A DNA stretch of 64,000 nt from Anaeramoeba ignava BMAN (taxonomy: Eukaryota > Protista > Anaeramoebae): positions 118,564 to 182,563 of the forward strand of contig JAPDFW010000115.1 of assembly GCA_028826165.1 (NCBI GenBank). The letters run 5' to 3'. Below, in pieces: positions 50,944 through 60,051 of the stretch (its first letter is position 1; each line of letters starts with the position of its first letter). The notes under the pieces are model-generated. The model did not search any database. It was not told the DNA's origin and was given only the letters and a program-made list of their open reading frames with translations. The position numbers were made by a program, and so were the translations under genes.

Positions 50944-53900
50944 TTAAATATCTAAATCAAGTTCAAGTTCTTGTGCTTCTTTGATTTTTTTTCTTGGATT
51001 TTTGGATTTGTTTCTTTTTTTCTTCTTATATAGAATAACTCCAATAATAATTGCTGAAATAACAAGAATAGGAATAACTACTCCAAGTGCTATTGCTGTT
51101 GTGTTTGTTGAATTATCACTTGCTTGATTTGGAGATGATATTGTAATTGATGTTGTTGAATTAATTCCTGAATATTCATTAAATGAACAATTTAAATCAG
51201 CTGATGAATAAATTGAAATTTCATAATATTCTCCTTCATTTAACCCTGTAACTGAATAATCTGTTGTTAAATTTGTTAAACAAATTGAAGTTGAATTATA
51301 ATTGAATGAATATGCTTTTAATCCACTTGATAAAATTAATGAATCCCAACTACATTCAAATCCATTAATTAATGAATTACAATTTAATGAAGTAATATTT
51401 CCTAATTTGGCTCTTGTTGGATTAATTGAACTAGGTAATCCTAAACATGGTGTTTCACAATTCAAATCTGAACATCCTCGAATTGAAATATTATATTCAA
51501 TATTTCCTGATATTCCACTTATAGTTCCAATAGCTTCATTTCCACTTAAATCAAGAGATGTAAACTTTTGCCAATTTGTTCCATTATCAAGTGAAATTGA
51601 ATAATTATTAGCATTTGTTAATTTTGTGAAATTAAATTCAATTTCTTCAATTTTGGAAATTGTTTCATAAATTGTTGGAGCTGGTAAAATATCAGTTGTA
51701 ACTGAAATTGTTGAATTAATTCCTGAATATTCATTAAATGAACAATTTAAATCAGCTGATGAATAAATTGAAATTTCATAATATTCTTCTCCTTGTAACC
51801 CTGAAACTGAATAAATTGTTGTTAAATTTGTTAAACAAATTGAAGTTGAATTATAATTGAATGAATATGCTTTTAATCCACTTGATAAAATTAATGAATC
51901 CCAACTACATTCAAATCCATTAATTAATGAAGAACAATTTAATGAAGTAATATTTCCTAATTTAGCTCTTGCTGGATTAATTGAACTAGGTAATCCTAAA
52001 CATGGTGTTTCACAATTCAAATCTGAACATCCTCGAATTGAAATATTATATTCAATATTTCCTGATATTCCACTTATGATTCCAATAGCTTCATTTCCAC
52101 TTAAATCAAGAGATGTAAACTTTTGCCAATTTGTTCCATTATCAAGTGAAATTGAATAATTATTAGCATTTGTTAATTTTGTGAAATTAAATTCAATTTC
52201 TTCAATTTTAGAAATTGTTTCATAAATTGTTGGAGCTGGTAAAATATCAGTTGTAATTGATGTTGTTGAATTAATTCCTGAATATTCATTAAATGAACAA
52301 TTTAAATCAGCTGATGAATAAATTGAAATTTCATAATATTCTTCTCCTTGTAACCCTGTAACTGAATAATCTGTTGTTAAATTTGTTAAACAAATTGAAG
52401 TTGAATTATAATTAAATGAATATGCTTTTAATCCACTTGATAAAATTAATGAATCCCAACTACATTCAAATCCATTAATTAATGAATTACAATTTAATGA
52501 AGTAATATTTCCTAATTTAGCTCTTGTTGGATTAATTGAACTAGGTAATCCTAAATATGGAGTTTCACAATTTAAATCAACACATCCTCGAATTGAAATA
52601 TTATATTCAATATTTCCTGATATTCCACTTATGATTCCAATAGCTTCATTTCCACTTAAATCAAGAGATGTAAACTTTTGCCAATTTGTTCCATTATCAA
52701 GTGAAATTGAATAATTATTTGCATTTGTTAATTTTGTGAAATTAAATTCAATTTCTTCAATTTTGGAAATTGTTTCATAAATTGTTGGAGCTGTTAAATT
52801 ATCAGTTGTAACTGAAATTGTTGAAATATATCCACATTTATCATTTGAATCACATGCCGATACATTGATTTGATATTCTTGATTTGGGAATTGAGCTGTA
52901 AATTGTTGATTTGTTGAAGTTGGTTGATAATTTCCAGAATCATTTTGAGAAATTGATTGATAAGTTAAATTATAATAAGATGGAATTGAACAATTAATTG
53001 GTTGATTCCAATTACAATTAATATCTATTGTATTTGAAATTGAACATGTTAAACTTGTAACTTCTCCAAATATTAATGAAATTGATGATTCAACAATTTC
53101 TCCTTTATCATCTCCTTCACATTCATGTGTTCTACATCCACAAATTGAAATATTATAATCATTCCCACATTCTAAATTATTCAAAAGATAATCAAGTGAA
53201 GAATTATCAACTGAAATGAAAGATATTAAATCAGGTTGAGATTGAGTGAGATAAGAAAGATTATAATGATCAAGATGAGCAATTCCTCCATTGATCTGAA
53301 CATTTGGATAATTCCAAGTAACATTAATTGAATAATTTGAAGGATTTGATAATTGGAAATCATTTACAGAATCAATTTTTGTTGTTAAATTAACAAAAGA
53401 AGAAGGTTCACCACATATCATCGTTGCATTACCACAAGCTTTGATTTGAATTGGATAATATTCATTTCCTGTAATATTATCATAAGTTGAAGAATTAAAT
53501 TGTTGATAATAAACATTCCCATCTTCAAGAATTGGAGAATCAATATCAATCCAATCATATCCATAATTGATTTGATAAATCAAAGTTAAAGAAAATTCAA
53601 TTTCATCCCAATAACAATCAAATGATGAAAACAAAGATGAACAATTAACAATATTAACTTGAGGAATTAAAAAAGCTTCATAAACAAATACTTGATTTTG
53701 ATCATACGTTCCAACAACAGTAAAATTCCCATAAATTGAAACATAATTTCCAAATTCTGAAACAGAAGGTTCATTGAAAATTTCTTCTTGATTCCAAATT
53801 GTTCCATTATATCTGTAAACAAATGCTTGTTTTCCAGTAAAAGTTCCAACAATAAGAACATCTCCATAAACCGAATTAGAATAACCAAAATCTGTATCTG

Positions 53901-54750
53901 ATTTACTCAAAATTTGTTCTTGATTCCAAACTGATCCATTATATCTGTAAACAAATGTTTCATTTTGATCATAAGCCCCAACAAGAAGAACATCTTCATC
54001 AATTGAAAGACTTATTCCAAAACTTATAGGTGATTCAGTCAAATTTTGTTCTAGATTCCAATATGTTCCATTGTATCTGTAAATAAATACTTGATTTTGA
54101 CCATAAGTCCCAACAACAGTAACATTCCCAGAAACTGAAACACTTATTCCAAAACCGAAAATTGAACCTTCAATGATATTTTGATCAAGATTCCAATCTG
54201 TCCCATTATATCTGTAAATGGATACTTGATTTGCATTAGGATCTCCAACAACAATAACATTCCCAGAAACTGAAATAGCCGATCCAAAAGTTGGAGTTGC
54301 TTGACTTAAAACTTGTTCTTGATTCCAAATTGATCCATTATATCTGTAAACAAAAACTTGGCTTGTATCAGAATTACCAACAACAGTAACATTCCCAGAA
54401 ACTGAAACAGAAGATCCAAAATTTGAAACTGATTCAGTTAAATTTTGTTCAAGATTAAAATTTGTTCCATTATATCTGTAAATAAATGTTTGATTTGCTT
54501 GACATGCACCAATAACAAGAACATCTCCAGAAATTGAAACAGAAGATCCAAAATTTCCTGAACCTGAAAAATTATCAAATAAATTCCAAAACCAACCTTC
54601 ATCTGGAGTAGAATAATATCTTGTTGTTCCTGTTAATCTTTCTGTTTCTATTGATGAAATTACTGATGAAATTGTTTTTTGATCAGTTTGAATTGATTGA
54701 ATTAAGAAAATATTAAGAATTAAGAAAAAAAAGAAAAGAATTGATTTCAT
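50944..54750 (-). CDS. Type I surface receptor, copy B (paralog of 45735-49544)
   Basis: Intronless 1268-aa ORF with the same architecture. First 51 aa and TM/tail identical, stalk near-identical, propeller divergent. Confidence 0.9.
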   Translation of the reverse strand: MKSILFFFFLILNIFLIQSIQTDQKTISSVISSIETERLTGTTRYYSTPDEGWFWNLFDNFSGSGNFGSSVSISGDVLVIGACQANQTFIYRYNGTNFNLEQNLTESVSNFGSSVSVSGNVTVVGNSDTSQVFVYRYNGSIWNQEQVLSQATPTFGSAISVSGNVIVVGDPNANQVSIYRYNGTDWNLDQNIIEGSIFGFGISVSVSGNVTVVGTYGQNQVFIYRYNGTYWNLEQNLTESPISFGISLSIDEDVLLVGAYDQNETFVYRYNGSVWNQEQILSKSDTDFGYSNSVYGDVLIVGTFTGKQAFVYRYNGTIWNQEEIFNEPSVSEFGNYVSIYGNFTVVGTYDQNQVFVYEAFLIPQVNIVNCSSLFSSFDCYWDEIEFSLTLIYQINYGYDWIDIDSPILEDGNVYYQQFNSSTYDNITGNEYYPIQIKACGNATMICGEPSSFVNLTTKIDSVNDFQLSNPSNYSINVTWNYPNVQINGGIAHLDHYNLSYLTQSQPDLISFISVDNSSLDYLLNNLECGNDYNISICGCRTHECEGDDKGEIVESSISLIFGEVTSLTCSISNTIDINCNWNQPINCSIPSYYNLTYQSISQNDSGNYQPTSTNQQFTAQFPNQEYQINVSACDSNDKCGYISTISVTTDNLTAPTIYETISKIEEIEFNFTKLTNANNYSISLDNGTNWQKFTSLDLSGNEAIGIISGISGNIEYNISIRGCVDLNCETPYLGLPSSINPTRAKLGNITSLNCNSLINGFECSWDSLILSSGLKAYSFNYNSTSICLTNLTTDYSVTGLQGEEYYEISIYSSADLNCSFNEYSGINSTTSITTDILPAPTIYETISKIEEIEFNFTKLTNANNYSISLDNGTNWQKFTSLDLSGNEAIGIISGISGNIEYNISIRGCSDLNCETPCLGLPSSINPARAKLGNITSLNCSSLINGFECSWDSLILSSGLKAYSFNYNSTSICLTNLTTIYSVSGLQGEEYYEISIYSSADLNCSFNEYSGINSTISVTTDILPAPTIYETISKIEEIEFNFTKLTNANNYSISLDNGTNWQKFTSLDLSGNEAIGTISGISGNIEYNISIRGCSDLNCETPCLGLPSSINPTRAKLGNITSLNCNSLINGFECSWDSLILSSGLKAYSFNYNSTSICLTNLTTDYSVTGLNEGEYYEISIYSSADLNCSFNEYSGINSTTSITISSPNQASDNSTNTTAIALGVVIPILVISAIIIGVILYKKKKRNKSKNPRKKIKEAQELELDLDI

Positions 54751-55241
54751 TGTTTTGTTTTTATTGTTTTTTTCCTAATTGTTTTTTTTTTTGATTAAAA
54801 AAGGAATTAGATTTAATATAATTATTATTTCTTCTTTTTTGAGTTTTTTTTTTTAAAGTAAATTAGATTTTTTTTTCTTACTTTTTTAATTGAAAAAAAA
54901 AACACTCGTGTCAAATGAAAATAGAAAAATGAAAAAGAAAAATGATCGATTCTTTTATTTTTAATTTAAAAATTTTTCTTTTTATTCCTTTTTTTTAAAA
55001 ATAAAAATTAAAAGAAAATAAATTAAAAATAAAAAGAATAAATTAAAAGAAAAATTAAATTTCTTTTTGCTATTTTGAAATAAACAATTTAAAAATAAAG
55101 TAGTTAAAAATAAAGTAGAAATTAAAATGAAATTAAGATTAAAAAAGATAAATTAATTAAAAGTAAATTTCAGTTATTAATTAAATTAAAAATAGATCTT
55201 ATTTATTAATTAAAAAAAAAATTTTAATTTTGATTTTGATT

Positions 55242-57002
55242 TTAATTATTAAATTTGTTAATTAATAAATCAAATAAATTTGGATTTGTTTCATTTAATT
55301 GAAAATAATCAATTCCAATTTGAATTTCATCAATAATTTCTTGTGTAATTTGAATTTCATTTTTAATTTGATTTGAATAAATCCAATATTCAAATATTTG
55401 AAATGATTTATTACTTAATTCACTATAATCTGTAACTTTATTAGAAGTATCATTTGTTACAGATAAAAACATTCCTCGATATAATTCACTTCTCATTATT
55501 AATATTAATTTAGGAAATTTATATTGTTTTTCTTTTCTTTCAATAATAAAATCTTTTTCATTTTCATTTTCATTTAAATAAATTCTTTTCATTGTTTCTT
55601 CAATTTTTTCATTTGAATTTATAATTTCTTTAATTTCAGAATATAATTTTGGATTTATTATTCTGTTTGAATAAATCATTTCAAATATTTGATTTGATTC
55701 TTTAATTGATTTTTTTGAAATAATTTCTTGAAGTTTTTCAATTTGATTTTCATCTTGATTTAATCTATATTTCAATATTAATTTATGAGCTTCAATTATT
55801 TCTTCATTTTCGGTTTTAAATGAAATATCACAAAATTCCTTTCTTTCAAATATTTTTATCAAATCTTCTTCAAGATTAGAAAAAGAAGGAGGAGAATAAT
55901 AAAGAAATGATCTGTAATATCCACAAAGAACATGATAATTGGAAATATCTTCATTAAATCTTAATTTAGGAAGTTCAATTTGAATTGGAATTGATTGAAT
56001 ATAGGTATCTCCAGTTCCTAATTGACCAAAATAATTAATTCCAAATCCTATTAATTTTGAATTGTATGTTAAAATCAAAGTATGACCATTTCCAACAGAA
56101 AAATCAAAAATATAATCATTTTCAAATAAAGATGATTTGATTTCAGTAAATTCATTTGTATTTTTATTTTGGCCAAGTCCATTAGAATCATAATGACCAC
56201 ACGAATAAAGTTTTCTTTTTGGATTTTCATCTTCATTTTCAATCAACATTATTAAAAAAGAGTTTCCACATTGAATATCAATTATTTCTCCTTTTGGAAT
56301 ATTTTGGATTTTGGTTAATTTTTGGATTTCTAATTCTTTTCTTGATTCACCTAATCCAAGTTGACCAGAATAATTATAGCCACATCCAAATAATTCTTGA
56401 TTTGAATTTAAAAGAAAAACAAAATGAGAACAATTTCCTGAAAATATTTTAGAAACATTTTTCATCATTAAAATTGGTTTTTCTGTTTCTTCAAGTGTTT
56501 CAGAATCAAAACCAAGTTGACCATATTGATTTGAGCCAATTCCATAAGCATTTTGATTTGAAGTTAATAAATAAATTGAATAAGCACCAGAAACAATATT
56601 TTGAATTATTCTATCATTTGTATCTTCAATTAATGATGAAATATTGATAAATTCTTTTGGATTATTTGTATTAATATCTTTTCCTTTGGCAAATACATTT
56701 CCTTTTATTGTTAAAATAGCTTCATTTTGAACACCAACAGTTACTTTTTGAATATTTTCTTCAATTTGGATTTTTTCAGGATTTTGATTTGAATCTTTTT
56801 CATTTAAATATTCTATTGCTTTTCCATTTTTAAAAAGGAAAATTGTTGAAAATTTGCCTGTTGAAATTTGTTTAATTTGTTTTTCATTTTCATTTTCATT
56901 TTCATTTTCAAATTTAAATTGAATTGGTTTTGTTATTTTATCTGGTTTATTTTTGATAAGAATTGGATATTTATTTCTTCCAAAAAATATAATTTCATTC
57001 AT
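55242..57002 (-). CDS. RCC1-repeat + tandem BTB/POZ protein
   Basis: RCC1 motifs GSNQYGQLG, GYNYSGQLGLG, GNGHTLIL, GINYFGQLGTG. BTB motifs FCDISF..AHKLIL and KDFII...LILIMRSELYRGMF...YWIYS. Confidence 0.92.
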   Translation of the reverse strand: MNEIIFFGRNKYPILIKNKPDKITKPIQFKFENENENENEKQIKQISTGKFSTIFLFKNGKAIEYLNEKDSNQNPEKIQIEENIQKVTVGVQNEAILTIKGNVFAKGKDINTNNPKEFINISSLIEDTNDRIIQNIVSGAYSIYLLTSNQNAYGIGSNQYGQLGFDSETLEETEKPILMMKNVSKIFSGNCSHFVFLLNSNQELFGCGYNYSGQLGLGESRKELEIQKLTKIQNIPKGEIIDIQCGNSFLIMLIENEDENPKRKLYSCGHYDSNGLGQNKNTNEFTEIKSSLFENDYIFDFSVGNGHTLILTYNSKLIGFGINYFGQLGTGDTYIQSIPIQIELPKLRFNEDISNYHVLCGYYRSFLYYSPPSFSNLEEDLIKIFERKEFCDISFKTENEEIIEAHKLILKYRLNQDENQIEKLQEIISKKSIKESNQIFEMIYSNRIINPKLYSEIKEIINSNEKIEETMKRIYLNENENEKDFIIERKEKQYKFPKLILIMRSELYRGMFLSVTNDTSNKVTDYSELSNKSFQIFEYWIYSNQIKNEIQITQEIIDEIQIGIDYFQLNETNPNLFDLLINKFNN

Positions 57003-57048
57003 TTTTAAAAAGAAAAAAAATGAAAAAAATAAATTTTGATTTTAAATT

Positions 57049-59471
57049 TTAAATTTTAAATTGGGAAAATTCCATTTTCTTTTTTTGAAAATCTCTCAAA
57101 TTCTTCATTTTTGGTTTTGAATTATTTTGTAAATGATTTGGTTTAAATTGATTTTTAAATTTAATTTTCTTTTTTTGATTAAAATTTGAATTCATTTCCA
57201 AATCATTTAAGGAAGAAAACCTTTTCCAAAAATTATTTGATTCCAATTCTTTCATTTTCAAAATCAACCAAATTAATTTTTCTTTTTCATTATTTTTCAT
57301 TTTTTGGAGTTTGACAATTTTTCTTTTTTTTCTACAACAACAACGATAAATTCTTTTGCGACAACAACAAAAAACACAACAAAGAATCAAACCAAAAGTA
57401 ATTCCAATTAAAGACCAATTTAAAGATTGAAAAACACTTGGTTTTTGAGTATCCAAATTTGGTATTTGATTTCTACACCATTGGAAAACTCCATTAGAAT
57501 CGAGACCATTAGTGAATCCCTTATCACAAATACAAGAGGTATTATCTTCTGTTAATTTTCCATGTGAACCACAATCAGCATAAGTATTATTTAAGAAATC
57601 AGAGATGTTCCCTGTATAAACATCCTCAGCTTCAAAATCAGACCAAGTTTCTACATATTGTGAGTTATTATTTGTATTCGAATCTAAACACACATTTGAT
57701 ATATAATTAAGGATCTCATTTCCACTGCATTCTTTAAAGGGTTCACATAAACCTGTTTGTGGATTGTAAAAATCCCTTTTATTTTCACTTGTGAAATATT
57801 TACTTGAGCAATTAACAGGAATACAACTTTGAGTTGTTTCATTGAATTCTTGATCTTCAGTGCAAGCTGGTTGGCAATATCTGATTGCTCCTCCAAGTGT
57901 TACTTCACGAGATGGACTTGTGCAAATTGGGTTATTTGAGTTCATCACAAATCCTTTTGAAAAAATATCATTTGGATCATTTGTTCCAAATCCGATTTCA
58001 TGAACTGAATCCAATCTTCCATTTTGTAGGATTGCATATGTGCAATTTCCTTCTTGATCAATAGTTGAATTTGAGTTTAAATTAAATCTAAAATTGATCA
58101 CTTCTTTTGAAGTTATGCTTTTTGATATTGATGATCCAATCTGGATTGCAGAACAATCAACTATAAATTCAGAACCTGTTTCATCTTCTGTTTTTTTCAG
58201 ATTATTCAAACAACAGTTTCTTGGTTGAATTTCAATTGTTCCATTGTAAATTGCTTCATTTTCTACATCAATAAATAAAATTCCTGAAGTTTGATTTATA
58301 AATTGAATTCCACTATCAATTACTTTAATTTGAGGAATTTCTTTTGTAAAACTTAATCCTGTTGAGCCAATTTCCATTGTGATTTGAATGAAATCTGAGC
58401 TTATATTATCACAAATAAAGCTTTCTGAAAATGTTGATGATTTCAAAGGATCTAAACTTGATAAATTTTGATTAAAATAACACCCAATTTGAGAAGAAAT
58501 GAAATTGTTTTGAAATTTGGATAATTGATTATGAATTGAGCCATTCATTACTGAAATGAGATCTTTAGGTGGACAAGTTTGTTTTTCAATATATTTTTCT
58601 TTACTGATTCCAATTTTATTGACAGAGTTGTTGAATTCATTTTTTGGAATCAAAAAAGGTTCATTATCTAAAGATAAATTTTCACTTTGAATTGCTAAAA
58701 AGAAATTTTCAAATTGGGAATAAATTGGATTCAAATTATCTGATTTAATTTGAGCTGAAATTGAATTATTTATATTTTTTTGTTCTCCTCCAATCTCCAA
58801 ATTTAAATCCCATATTTTGTCTTGTTGATTAACATGAATTTTGGTTGTCCAAATTAGAAGAGGAGAAAAAATATCAAACAAATAAAAAATACTATCATTT
58901 TGGGATAAACTAAAACATTGTGACTCACAACAAAAACAATCATTTGGACAATTATCATTTGAAATATTGTTTGATATTTGGAAAGCATTTTGGAAATTTG
59001 TTTTAAAAGAAAGTGGAAAAAAAAGTTGAGATTTTTTTTCAATTTGAATTTTGATTGGATTTTCAATATTCCATTTTCTTCCTATTGAATCAATTAAAAT
59101 ATCTTCTGAATTCAATGTTAAATTATAATTCCAATTATTTGGTTCATTAAAAATTGATAAATTCATTTGCCATTTTGAATCACATCTTTATAAAAAACAA
59201 AATTAAATTAAATTTAAATTAAATTTAAATTAAATTAAATTAAATTAAATTTAAATTAAATTAAATTAAATTAAATTTAAATTAGATTAAATTAGATTAA
59301 ATTAAATTAAGATTAAAATTGATCAATTTGATCTTTTTTTTTTGGAATAAATTTTGTTTTTTTTTTTACAAACATTGTTTCATCAGAACAAAGAATTATT
59401 TCATTTTTGGAAATAAATTCAGATTTTAATTTAATAATTAAAAAGAAGAAAAAGATTAATTTTTTGAACAT
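57049..59471 (-). CDS. Divergent HAP2/GCS1-like class II fusion protein (fusexin) with added Cys-rich/EGF stalk
   Basis: Exons 59471-59374 and 59185-57049 (GT-AG, phase 2; 744 aa). After the signal peptide, colinear HAP2-like motifs: ISKNEIILC...CDSKWQMNLSI; NPIKIQIEKKSQLFFPLSF; FCC; QCFSL...FYLFDI; PFLIPKNEF..NKIGIS....Q.C...S.HNQL. Then an Ig-like domain III, a single TM and a Cys-rich polybasic tail CCCRKRIYRCCCRKKRK. Confidence 0.78.
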
Positions 59472-59539
59472 TTTGAATAAAAATAAAAATAAAAATAAAA
59501 AATAAAAAATTTTGTTTTTTAAAGATTTAAAAAAAGTGG

Positions 59540-60048
59540 AATTTGAAAAAAAAAAAGAATTTGAATTTGATTTTGAATTTGAAAAAAAAAAAGAATTTGA
59601 TTTTGATTTTGATTTTGAATTTGAATTTTGAATTTGAATTTGATTTTGATTTTGAATTTGATTTTGATTTTGATTTTGATTTTGAATTTTGAATTTGATT
59701 TTGATTTTGAATTTGAATTTGATTTTGATTTTGAATTTGAAAAAAAAAAAGAATTTGATTTTGATTTTGAATTTGAATTTGAATTTGATTTTGATTTTGA
59801 ATTTGATTTTGATTTTGATTTTGATTTTGATTTTGATTTTGATTTTGATTTTGATTTTGAATTTGAATTTGATTTTTGATTTTGATTTTGAATTTGAATT
59901 TGAATTTGAATTTGATTTTGAATTTGATTTTGATTTTGATATTGAATTTGAATTTGATTTTTGATTTTGATTTTGATTTTGATTTTGATTTTGATTTTGA
60001 TTTTGATTTTGATTTTGATTTTGATTTTGATTTTGATTTTGATTTTGA
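59540..60048. repeat. Intergenic hexamer microsatellite (ATTTTG/AATTTG)n
   Basis: Directly visible. Confidence 0.95.
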
Positions 60049-60051
60049 AAA

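Noticed and set aside
46093-52159. Five near-identical 100-aa plus-strand ORFs
   Set aside because: Antisense shadows of the 555-bp coding repeats in the receptor genes.
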